In this document: positions 25,927-36,122 of the stretch, in pieces
Layout of the letters: every line of letters begins with the position of its first letter
Position numbering within the stretch: position 1 is the stretch's first letter
Position numbers and translations under genes: made by a program
Assembly: GCA_001029675.1 (NCBI GenBank)
Contig: CP011210.1
Span: forward strand, 128,193-192,192
Length of the DNA: 64,000 bases
Reading direction: 5' to 3'
Origin: Candidatus Beckwithbacteria bacterium GW2011_GWC1_49_16
GTDB lineage: Bacteria > Patescibacteriota > Microgenomatia > UBA1400 > CG1-02-47-37
Notes under the pieces: generated by a model
Database searches by the model: none
What the model was told of the DNA's origin: nothing
The model's input: the letters and a program-made list of their open reading frames with translations, nothing else

Positions 25927-27120
25927 TTGATAGAATACGGTATGAGGAGGGGTAAGATAAAAGTTGCCGTGGGGATTTCTGGTGGGGTCGATTCAGCGCT
26001 GGCGGCGGCGCTTTTGAAAGAGAAAGGGTTTGACGTCACCGGAGTGTTTATGGAGTGCTGGAACGAGCCGGGGTGTAGGACCGACGAGGACAGAAAAGAC
26101 GCGCTTAAAGTGGCCTTGAAGCTAAAAATCCCTTTTAAGGTTTTGGACTTTAAAAAGGAATATAAAAGAAAAGTGGTGGATTGGTTTTTTGGGCAGTACC
26201 AAAAGGGCAGAACGCCTAATCCTGATATAGTTTGTAATAGAGAGATAAAGTTTGGTAGGTTTTTATCGTGGGCAGAAAAGCACGGTTTTGATTATATAGC
26301 TACCGGACATTATGCCAGAATATCGCAAACCGCCCACATGCCTTTCCAGAAAACCACAGGTTCGCTGGCCAGCGCCAGCGACCTCTTGCGTACTCGCCCG
26401 GCTGAGTCGCCTAAGGCGACACCAGCTCAGCCAGGCTCCGTAAGCTTTTCTGTAAAGGACGCGGGCGATTTACGTTTACTTCAGGGTGTAGATAAGCAAA
26501 AGGATCAGACGTATTTTTTGGCGCTGTTGACGCAGAAGCAGTTAGGAAAGGCGATGTTTCCGGTAGGCCACATGTTAAAAAGCCAAGTGAGGCGGGAGGC
26601 GAAAAAGCGGGGCTTGGCCGTTTGGGATAAAAAGGACTCGACCGGGATTTGTTTTATCGGCCACGATTACCGCTTTGACGAGTTTTTGAAAAGAAGGATT
26701 GCCGAGCATCCCGGCGAGGTGGTGGATACTAGCGGTAAAGTAGTCGGCAAGCACCGCGGGGTGGAGTTTTACACCATCGGCCAACGGCACGGGTTTGAGG
26801 TTAAGCTCGCCTCGACCCAAAGACCCAAACTTTATGTGGTTGCCAAAGAAGCAAAGACAAATCGGTTGGTGGTGGGAAGCAAGAAAGACCTTAAAAGAGG
26901 CGAATTTAAAGTTGAGGGGTGGAGCTTAATCGGGGGACCCCGCATCACATTGGGTGCGGGGTTGCGAGTACGCATCAGACACCAGGGGGAGCTTACGGGG
27001 TGTAGGGTTTTGGGAAAAACAGTTAAGCTTAAGAAGTTAGTGGAGGGTGTAGCGTCGGGGCAGGTGGCGGTAATTTACAGGGGGGAGGAGTGTTTGGGCG
27101 GGGGAGTGATTGAGGATTGA
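25927..27120 (+). CDS. mnmA: tRNA 2-thiouridine synthase MnmA
   Basis: PP-loop VGISGGVDSA, plus GHYAR, KDQTYFL and CFIGHDYRF. There is an insertion of about 40 aa between GHYAR and LLQGVD. Confidence 0.9.
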   Translation: MIEYGMRRGKIKVAVGISGGVDSALAAALLKEKGFDVTGVFMECWNEPGCRTDEDRKDALKVALKLKIPFKVLDFKKEYKRKVVDWFFGQYQKGRTPNPDIVCNREIKFGRFLSWAEKHGFDYIATGHYARISQTAHMPFQKTTGSLASASDLLRTRPAESPKATPAQPGSVSFSVKDAGDLRLLQGVDKQKDQTYFLALLTQKQLGKAMFPVGHMLKSQVRREAKKRGLAVWDKKDSTGICFIGHDYRFDEFLKRRIAEHPGEVVDTSGKVVGKHRGVEFYTIGQRHGFEVKLASTQRPKLYVVAKEAKTNRLVVGSKKDLKRGEFKVEGWSLIGGPRITLGAGLRVRIRHQGELTGCRVLGKTVKLKKLVEGVASGQVAVIYRGEECLGGGVIED

Positions 27121-27192
27121 CCGGTTGAAAGGGAGTGATATATAATATGGTCATCATGACATAAGAAAGGCAACCAGTTTGTGGGGCTTTGA

Positions 27193-27218
27193 TCCCGACT
27201 CTGGTCGGGACTTTTTTT
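27193..27218 (+). terminator. rho-independent terminator downstream of mnmA
   Basis: Hairpin TCCCGAC-TCTG-GTCGGGA followed by CTTTTTTT. Confidence 0.5.
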
Positions 27219-27256
27219 GTCCGCGTAAAGCTTACGCCACGCGGCAAGCGCAGAAC

Positions 27257-27329
27257 GGTTACGAGGTAAGCTTTTAAAAAGAAGGTTTACCCCGTGATCG
27301 CGAAGCGATTTTACGGGGCTCTTTGAAAA
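27257..27329 (+). promoter_or_regulatory. rRNA leader with a boxB-like hairpin and boxA (GCTCTTTGAAAA); copy 1, upstream of 16S
   Basis: The hairpin CCCCGTGATCGCGAAGCGATTTTACGGGG (27290-27318) is followed by GCTCTTTGAAAA, matching the E. coli boxA consensus GCTCTTTAACAA. An 85-nt block is repeated upstream of 23S. Confidence 0.55.
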
Positions 27330-27373
27330 GTAAAGATCACTTTGTCAATTCAATTAGTGGTAGAACGTTAATT

Positions 27374-28844
<1,471 letters not shown>

Positions 28845-28979
28845 CTAAGGAGAAATTTTTGCCTCTGAGGAGATCACCTCGTAAAAAACGAGACCCGTTC
28901 TGCCACTTGTTGAGTTGACAAATTTACCCCACGTCGCTAAAAGCTATGTGGGGTTTTTTGTGTTAAAATAACTTCTCGA

Positions 28980-29053
28980 GGGCGCTTAGCTCAGTTGGTT
29001 AGAGCGCAGTCCTGATAAGACTGAGGTCCATGGTTCGAGTCCATGAGCGCCCA
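28980..29053 (+). tRNA. tRNA-Ile (anticodon GAT)
   Basis: Cloverleaf with acceptor GGGCGCT/AGCGCCC, anticodon loop CCTGATAAG, T-arm GGTTCGAGTCC. Confidence 0.9.
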
Positions 29054-29091
29054 CAATTTATTTATTCCGTTTGTTAAGATAAAATGTTGCT

Positions 29092-29970
29092 ATGGGTTCT
29101 CAACCTGGTTTACACGAGGTTCCGGCAAGCGAAGAGCTTTCTAAATATGAGAAAAGTGATGTTGTTGCCAAGGTAATTGACTGTATTGATCGTAAACTGG
29201 ATGAGGGACAGACTTCCACTATTTTGCTAACTGGCGGTCCGGGAGTGGGTAAATCAACGGCTTCTTATGAAGTGCTTGATTACTTAAAACTAGAAAGAGG
29301 CTTAGAGTCAGTGTGGATACAAGCTCCCGACATCGGCAGTGAAAAGACAAGAGATAGAATAATCCATATGGGCAACGACAAAGTCTTATTTATAGATTCA
29401 GTTGATAATTTATTTCCTTCTTCTAAAGACCCCGATGAGGTGGCTGAAACAGTGAAGCTATTAAAAGATTTAGCCCAAAAAGGAGAGGGTCCAATAGTTA
29501 TAGCTAACATCCATGATCCCTATTTAGTTAAAAGAGAGATTAAAACAACCCATCTTCCTTTAAGAGACCAAATACTAGGTGATACAGGCTTGTTTTCTGA
29601 TACAAAACAACATTTTGTCGTTGAAGATCGGTTTGTTAATGAAAAAGCCATGAGCGTGGCGGTAAAAAGACTGATAGGTCAGGCTGATATTCACGCGAGT
29701 TGGGCTACCTTTATTCAGCTTGAACTTGAAAAACACGAAGTTAATAAACATAGCGAAACAACCTTTGCATTGTCTTTACTAAAGAAAGATTCTATGCCAG
29801 GGAGTTTGAAGAAATCTTATGTTTTAGGCAGTGAAGATGAGGTCAGGACTTGGTTTAACGATGCTATTGAAGATGCTAGAAAGGTGGGAGAAGAATTTTA
29901 TCGGGCTTATTATGAGCCAGACAGCGAAAGTGAGGCTTTCAAGGGACTAGTGCGATTTGATGTAAGCTAG
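29092..29970 (+). CDS. P-loop NTPase (AAA-like) encoded inside the 16S-23S spacer
   Basis: Walker A LLTGGPGVGKST and Walker B KVLFIDSVD. The gene is AT-rich. It is flanked by a duplicated tRNA-Ile 3' end. Confidence 0.55.
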   Translation: MGSQPGLHEVPASEELSKYEKSDVVAKVIDCIDRKLDEGQTSTILLTGGPGVGKSTASYEVLDYLKLERGLESVWIQAPDIGSEKTRDRIIHMGNDKVLFIDSVDNLFPSSKDPDEVAETVKLLKDLAQKGEGPIVIANIHDPYLVKREIKTTHLPLRDQILGDTGLFSDTKQHFVVEDRFVNEKAMSVAVKRLIGQADIHASWATFIQLELEKHEVNKHSETTFALSLLKKDSMPGSLKKSYVLGSEDEVRTWFNDAIEDARKVGEEFYRAYYEPDSESEAFKGLVRFDVS

Positions 29971-29973
29971 GAT

Positions 29974-29998
29974 CTGGTTCGAGTCCATGAGCGCCCAC
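29974..29998 (+). repeat. direct repeat: second copy of the tRNA-Ile 3' end (TGGTTCGAGTCCATGAGCGCCCAC)
   Basis: 24-nt identity with 29030-29054, immediately after the stop codon of the inserted ORF. Confidence 0.85.
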
Positions 29999-30212
29999 TT
30001 TTAAGTTATTTAAGCTTGACGCGTCTTAATAGTAGTGTTATCATACATTTTGCCAAATTTTTAGGGAGAAAAAACTCTTAAATGCAAACTTTAAACCAAG
30101 GAAAATTAAACCAATGGGGTATTTTGCCGTGTTGATTTAACAGGTTTAAAAGTGAGCGTTTAGGTTAATCTCCCTCAAGGGAGATTTTTTTCGGCAAGGA
30201 TCAAGGTTGGCT

Positions 30213-30285
30213 GGGCCCATGGCGCAGTTGGTAGCGCGTCTCGTTTGCAACGAGAAGGTCGTCGGTTCGACCCCGACTGGGTCCA
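30213..30285 (+). tRNA. tRNA-Ala (anticodon TGC)
   Basis: Acceptor stem with the G3:U70 Ala identity pair, anticodon loop TTTGCAA, T-arm GGTTCGACCCC. Confidence 0.9.
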
Positions 30286-30342
30286 CCGCGTAAAGTCCCG
30301 CTAAGCTGGACCACGCGGCAAGCACGCGTAAAGCAGGCAAGC

Positions 30343-30416
30343 GGTTACGAGGTAAGCTTTTAAAAAAGAAGGTTTACCCCGTGATCGCGAAGCGATTTTA
30401 CGGGGCTCTTTGACAA
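30343..30416 (+). promoter_or_regulatory. rRNA leader copy 2 (boxB-like hairpin plus boxA GCTCTTTGACAA) upstream of 23S
   Basis: Near-identical to 27257-27329. The hairpin is 30377-30405 and boxA is 30405-30416. It is followed by a TTGACA-N18-TTTATA promoter-like sequence. Confidence 0.55.
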
Positions 30417-30929
30417 GTGAAGAGAATACCGATCTTTATAGCCAAATATTTTGGTCTATTTGAATTAAAGCAGTCGGTGGATGCCTTGGATGTATTAGCC
30501 GAAGAAGGACGTGCCAGGCCACGATAGGCGTCGGGGAGCTGCCAAGAAGCTGTGATCCGGCGGTGTCCGAATGGGAAAACCTCCTCATTAGTAATAGTGG
30601 GGGCCCCGACAGCGCAAGCTTGTCGGGGGGGGAACCCGGGGAACTGAAATATCTAAGTACCCGGAGGAAAAGAAATTAAATAAGATGCCGTCAGTAGCGA
30701 CGAGCGAAAGCGGTCTAGTCCAAACTCCGACATTACGTCGGAGGGTTGTAGGGCTCCAATATGGGACTACGAGAGATAGTCGAACAACTCGGAATAGTTG
30801 GCCAAAGAAAGTGAAAGCCTTGTAGATGAAATTTTGAGTAGCTCTAGGAGATTCCTGAGTACCACGAGAGACGGCAAACTCTTGTGGGAAGCCGGGGCGA
30901 CCACGCTCCAAGACTAAATACTAATACAT

Positions 30930-30970
<41 letters not shown>

Positions 30971-32456
30971 GGGTCGATGACCCAGTGAAATAGTACCTGA
31001 AACCGATTGCTAACAAACAGTGGGAGGGCCGACGTAAGTCGAGCCTGACCGCGTGCCTATTGAAGAATGAGCCGGCGAGTCTTTGCTGGTGGCAAGGTTA
31101 AGTCGCTTGAAGCGACGGAGCCATAGTGAAAGCGAGCCTGAATAGGGCGATTAGTTGCCAGCAGAGGACCCGAAGCCGAGCGATCTATTCATGAGCAGGG
31201 TGAACCTCGAGTGATATCGGGGGGAAGCCCGAACCTGTGTATGTTGCAAAATGCTAGGATGACTTGTGAATAGAGGTAATATGCCAAACGAGCTCGGAGA
31301 TAGCTGGTTCTCCCCGAAATATATTTAGGTATAGCCTTTCCTTATTTAGGCGCAGGGGTAAAGCACTGGATGGGCATTAGGGACTTGTCTCTGATGCTCA
31401 ACCAAACTCTGAATACTGCGTTGATAACGGAAGGAGTCAGTTGCTGGGGGCTAAGCTCCAGCCGCAAAAGGGAAACAACCCAGATCTCCAGCTAAGGTCT
31501 CTAAATCACTTGCTTAGTTTGTAAGGAGGTCGTAGTCCTTAGACAGCCAGGAAGTCGGCTTAGAAGCAGCCATCTTTGAAAGAAAGCGTAACAGCTCACT
31601 GGTTGACGGAAGACGGCGCCGAAAATTTATCGAGGATAAAGCAGTGTACCGAAGCTGAGACCCCGACAGCGCAAGCTTGTCGGGGGGTAGGGGAGCGTTC
31701 TAAGGGCAGTGAAGGGCCGATGTAAATCGCGCCTGGAGCGCTTAGAAGTGAGAATGCCGGCATGAGTAGCGGAACTCCGGTGAGAATCCGGAGGGTCGAA
31801 AGTCCGAGGTTTCCTACGCAACGTTCGTCGGCGTAGGGTTAGTCGGGCCTAAGGCAAGCCCCGTGTAGTGCGGGGGTAGTCGATGGACAACAGGTTAATA
31901 TTCCTGTACCGGTGACCAATCGTTATTCCCGACGCAAGTCGGGATAAACAGCTGGGGTGGGACGGAATTTGAGAAGTCGAGCGTCTTATTGATTTGACGT
32001 CTAAAAGGCGAGTCAGTCCCGATGTGAAAATCAGTCGGGACGACGGCGAGTCTTGATGGAGAGTTCTCCTTTGGGAGAGCAATTCGACCGGCTTAAGTTT
32101 CCGAGAAAAGCATCGCAGCGAGAAGGGTCACCGCCCGTACCGCAAACCGACACAGGTGGACAAGTCGAGTAGACTAAGATCAGCGGAAGAACGGTGGTTA
32201 AGGAACTCGGCAAATTAGCTGGGAGTAATTTTGAGAGATTCCCTGTCCGACGTTACGTCGGACCGCAGCGAAAGAGTGCCAAGCGACTGTTTAACAAAAA
32301 CACAGGTCTATGCAAAGGCGCAAGCCTAGGTATATGGGCTGAAACCTGCCCAATGCCGGAAGGTTAATTGAGAGGGTGACGTCCGACTTCGGTCGTGACC
32401 GAGCCTTCGATCGAAGCCCCGGTGAATGGCGGCTTTAACTATAAGAGTCCAAAGGT

Positions 32457-33119
32457 AGAATCGCTGCCTTTGTAAAATTTTGCTATATGCTGGAAACTCC
32501 GAGAATCTTGAACTACTGCCTGTTTATGTGTAATACTACACATAATGGGAAGTAAAAAAGTTACAAGTGCGGACAATCAGCAGGAAAGGCTAAAAACGAT
32601 TGGTTGGATAGTTGGTTTCACAGATGGTGATGGTTGTTTTTGTATTTCGATAAACAAAAACCACAGATTAAAACTTGGTTGGCAAGTGGTTCCTGAGTTT
32701 GTAATAACTCAAGGAGAGAAAAGCCTAGAGAGCTTAAAACTTGTTAAAAAGTTTTTTAAATGTGGAAGAATCTTTATTAATCGAAGACATGACAACCATA
32801 AGGAAGACCTTCATAGATATTGCGTGAGAAGTATAGCTGACTTAGAAGAAAAGATAATTCCTTTCTTTGAGAAAAATCAGTTAAAAACCTACAAAAGAAA
32901 ATCATTTGAGACTTGGAGTAAAGCAGTGAAGTTGATGATAAACAAAAGACTTCATTTAAGTATGAAAGGGATTAGAAAGTTAGCAGAAATGTCAGCGGAG
33001 ATAAACCAACAGAAACGACCAAAGTTTTTAGAATCCTCAGAGACTATACGCAGAAGTCCCGCTAAGCGGGATAAGATATAGTCCGATCTCATAAGCGATT
33101 ATGAGTTAACATTATTAAG
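32457..33119 (+). mobile_element. group I intron in 23S rRNA (helix 69/71 region, E. coli ~1931 site)
   Basis: Exon 1 ends ...AGTCCAAAGGT and exon 2 resumes AGCGAAGTACCTTGTCGGGTAAGTTCCGAC. The insert ends in G. It contains a LAGLIDADG ORF. Confidence 0.65.
32545..33081 (+). CDS. LAGLIDADG homing endonuclease, intron-encoded
   Basis: LAGLIDADG motif GFTDGDGCF. 178 aa, AT-rich, located inside the 23S intron. Confidence 0.85.
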   Translation: MGSKKVTSADNQQERLKTIGWIVGFTDGDGCFCISINKNHRLKLGWQVVPEFVITQGEKSLESLKLVKKFFKCGRIFINRRHDNHKEDLHRYCVRSIADLEEKIIPFFEKNQLKTYKRKSFETWSKAVKLMINKRLHLSMKGIRKLAEMSAEINQQKRPKFLESSETIRRSPAKRDKI

Positions 33120-33236
33120 AGCGAAGTACCTTGTCGGGTAAGTTCCGACGCGCACGAAAGGTGTAACGACTTGGCAACTGTCTTGACCACTGATCCGGTG
33201 AAATTGAAATGGCTGTGAAGATGCGGCCTATTGACT

Positions 33237-33267
<31 letters not shown>

Positions 33268-33908
33268 ATAACTTGACATTGGTTTATTTAAGTTGATCGT
33301 CTAGGATAGGCGGGACCCCGACTTTATGTCGGGGGCCAGTGTAATACCGCTCGTTAACTTGAGTAAATCTAACTTATGATCTCTGGAAACGGGATTAGGG
33401 ACAGTGTCTGGGAGGTAGTTTCGCTGGGGAGGTGGTTTGCTAAAAAGTACCGCAAACGCGCAAAGGTACCCTTAGCGCGGATAGAAATCGCGCTGAAAGT
33501 GTAAAGGCAAAAGGGTGCTTGACTGTGACACTTACAAGTGAAGCAGGAGCGAAAGCTGGCCTTAGTGATCCTCGAATCCGTTGTGGAACGGATCGGGCTT
33601 ATCGGATAAAAGCTACCCCGGGGATAACAGAGTAGTCGCACCCAAGCGTCCACAGCGACGGTGCGGTTCGCTACCTCGATGTCGGCTCAGGGTATCCTGG
33701 GGGTGTAGAAGCTCCCAAGGGTTGGTCTGTTCGCCCATTAAAACCCTACGTGAGCTGGGTTCAGAACGTCGCAAGACAGTTCGGTCTCTATCCGCAGTCA
33801 ACGTTGGATTCTTGAGGGAAGCTGACCTCAGTACGAGAGGACCAGGTTGGGCCAGTCCCTAGTGTGCCGGTTGTCGCATCAGCGGCACTGCCGGGTAGCT
33901 ACACTGGT

Positions 33909-33946
<38 letters not shown>

Positions 33947-34109
33947 TCCCAAGATGAGGAATCCCATTAAGATCCCTGGGAGACTACCAGGTGATAGGCA
34001 GCCGGTGTAAGTGCCGTAAGGCATTTAGCCTAGCTGTACTAATCGATCGATCGAAAATAGACCAATTTATTTTGGCTATAAAGAACGAGTATTCTCTTTA
34101 AAATAACTT

Positions 34110-34263
34110 TCCCGGTCTTTAGAGCGTTGTCGAACCACCTCTTTTACCGGTTTTACCGAGTATCCTCGGCAGAGCCGGGACCATCCCGAACAGAGTCGTG
34201 AAAGGCAGCAGCGGGGACGATAGGTCCGACGCAAGTCGGACTGAAAATACCTCAAGGCCGGGA
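34110..34263 (+). rRNA. rrf: 5S ribosomal RNA (boundaries approximate)
   Basis: Loop-C-like CCATCCCGAACAGAGTCGTGAAAGGCAGCAGCGGGGACGATAG matches the 5S consensus CCGAACTCAGAAGTGAAACGCCGTAGCGCCGATGGTAG. The terminal stem TCCCGGTCTT/AAGGCCGGGA is followed by a T-run. Confidence 0.45.
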
Positions 34264-34276
34264 TTTTTTGTGGGTC

Positions 34277-34735
34277 TTACTCCCAGGGATAAACGATCCA
34301 GACGTCGTTGTCGATTTGGCGGGCAAAAATGTCTGGTTTGACGCGCGAGCGGGGTTTGTAGTGGAGAGCTGCGGTGGTGATCATTTGGGGCTGATGGGTT
34401 TTGACCAGGGTGAGGGCTTTTTTTAAGGTTTGGCCGGAGTCGGCCACGTCGTCTAAGATCAGCACCTTTTTATTCTCGATGGGGTAGATGTTTAAGGGGG
34501 AGACGATTTTAACTTTTTTGCTTTGGTAGCCGGGCTGGCCTTCGATGGCAATTTCTTCAAGCTGCAGAGTGACGATGTGGGGACGACTCAAATATTTGTT
34601 GGCGATGATGGTAGCAGGGGGCAGGCCGCCTTTGGTGATGGCGACGATAACGTCGACGGAGTGGGGGATTTTTTGGGCCAGCGCCTTACAGTCGGCCTCG
34701 ATGTCCTGCCAGGAGAGAGTAAGTTTTTGAGCCAT
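34277..34735 (-). CDS. gpt: xanthine-guanine phosphoribosyltransferase (Gpt-like)
   Basis: Matches E. coli Gpt blocks: AITKGGLPPATIIANKY, VLILDDVADSGQT, C-terminus DVWIVYPWE against WIEQPWD. Confidence 0.8.
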   Translation of the reverse strand: MAQKLTLSWQDIEADCKALAQKIPHSVDVIVAITKGGLPPATIIANKYLSRPHIVTLQLEEIAIEGQPGYQSKKVKIVSPLNIYPIENKKVLILDDVADSGQTLKKALTLVKTHQPQMITTAALHYKPRSRVKPDIFARQIDNDVWIVYPWE

Positions 34736-34797
34736 AGACTATTGTAGCAAATTGAGGTAAAATCAAAAAACTTTAATGAAAGGAGACTTATGAAGTC

Positions 34798-35943
34798 ATG
34801 GCAAAAAAGACGATCAAGGCGGTAAAAAAGTCTGGGAAAGAGCCCCAGACGATGGACGAGTTATTGAAGGCAACGGGATATAAGCTCAAAGGTTTGAAAA
34901 AAGGCCAGCTGGTAGAGGGAGTGGTAACTGACGTGACCCGCGGGGCAATCCTGATTGACATTGGCGCCAAAACCGAAGGGGTAGTGGTGGACAAGGAGCT
35001 GGAGGTAGCCAGGGAGTTGATGGAGCATTTGAGCGTGGGCGATACGGTTCAGGCTTATGTGGGTTCGCCGGAAAATGAGCGGGGGCAGATTTTACTTTCT
35101 TTAAGACAAGCGGTGATGGACAAGCGCTGGGAGTTGTTTGAAAGGCTACTTAAGACCGGCGAGGCGGTGGCTGTCCGGGGCCTGGAAGTGAACAAGGGAG
35201 GGATTATTGTCCGAAGCCGCGGGGTACGAGGGTTTGTGCCATCAAGTCAGTTTGGCAGGAAGTATTTGGGCAAACTTGATGAATTGAAAAACGAGAAGTT
35301 TGAGGTCAAGGTGATCGAGGTCGATCGGGAGAAGAACCGGCTGATTTTTTCGGAGAAGGCGGTTTCTGAACAGGAGGCTTTGGCCAAGCAAAACGAAGCC
35401 TTAAAGCTGGTTAGTCCAGGTGACGAGCTGTCCGGAGTAGTGTCGGGAATCATGCCTTTTGGTGTGTTTGTCAGGGCCAACGTGCCCCTAAAGAAAAAAG
35501 CCAAGACGAAGCAGGCGGATAAGGAGTTGTTTTTAGAAGGTTTGGTGCACATATCGGAGATTTCCTGGGAAAAGGTGGAGAATCCGGGCAATTACTTTAA
35601 GACGGGAGACAAGATTAAAGTTAAAGTAATTGGGGTGGATGAGAAAAGCGCCAGGCTTAATTTGTCGGTGAAACAGCTGATGGCTGATCCGTGGGAGAAG
35701 ATTGCCAAAGACTACCCCGAAGGCAGCAAGGTAAAAGGCGAGATTACCCGAATGGCTTCCTTTGGAGCCTTTGTCAGCTTGGCGGCCGGGGTTGACGGCT
35801 TGATCCACATCTCAAAGATTCCGGCAGACAGCCAGTTTAAAGTGGGCCAGAAAATTGAGTGCTTTGTGGAACAGGTGGATATGTCTCACAGGCGAATGAG
35901 TTTGAGCTTGGCTCTAATCAAAAAGCCGGTAGGCTATAAATAA
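34798..35943 (+). CDS. rpsA: 30S ribosomal protein S1 (four S1 domains)
   Basis: Repeated S1 OB-fold units (GQLVEGVVTDV..GAILIDIG, GEAVAVRGLEVNKGGIIV, GDELSGVVSGIMPFGVFV, GSKVKGEITRMASFGAFV). Confidence 0.8.
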   Translation: MAKKTIKAVKKSGKEPQTMDELLKATGYKLKGLKKGQLVEGVVTDVTRGAILIDIGAKTEGVVVDKELEVARELMEHLSVGDTVQAYVGSPENERGQILLSLRQAVMDKRWELFERLLKTGEAVAVRGLEVNKGGIIVRSRGVRGFVPSSQFGRKYLGKLDELKNEKFEVKVIEVDREKNRLIFSEKAVSEQEALAKQNEALKLVSPGDELSGVVSGIMPFGVFVRANVPLKKKAKTKQADKELFLEGLVHISEISWEKVENPGNYFKTGDKIKVKVIGVDEKSARLNLSVKQLMADPWEKIAKDYPEGSKVKGEITRMASFGAFVSLAAGVDGLIHISKIPADSQFKVGQKIECFVEQVDMSHRRMSLSLALIKKPVGYK

Positions 35944-35960
35944 TATATAAAGGAGGCAAT

Positions 35961-36113
35961 ATGGCAAAGAAAAAAATGATCATTTACGACGACACCATTT
36001 TGGTCGACTTTAAACTGGTGTTTGACGCCATTAGGGAAGAAAAAGGCGACTGGCAGAAGGTAGAAAAAGAACTCCAGGAGCTTCTAGAGTCGGTCAGCGG
36101 CGAGAGGGAGTAG
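35961..36113 (+). CDS. small protein (50 aa)
   Basis: A strong SD (AAAGGAGG) lies 7 nt upstream of the ATG. It is not in the ORF track because it is under 60 aa. Confidence 0.35.
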   Translation: MAKKKMIIYDDTILVDFKLVFDAIREEKGDWQKVEKELQELLESVSGERE

Positions 36114-36122
36114 TAGGCTCAG

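Noticed and set aside
27117-27146. TTGACC-N18-TATAAT promoter-like sequence overlapping the mnmA stop codon
   Set aside because: It lies upstream of the mnmA terminator hairpin at 27193-27218. A transcript from it would be terminated before 16S. The rRNA promoter is more likely within or after the boxA leader, so it is not called as a feature.
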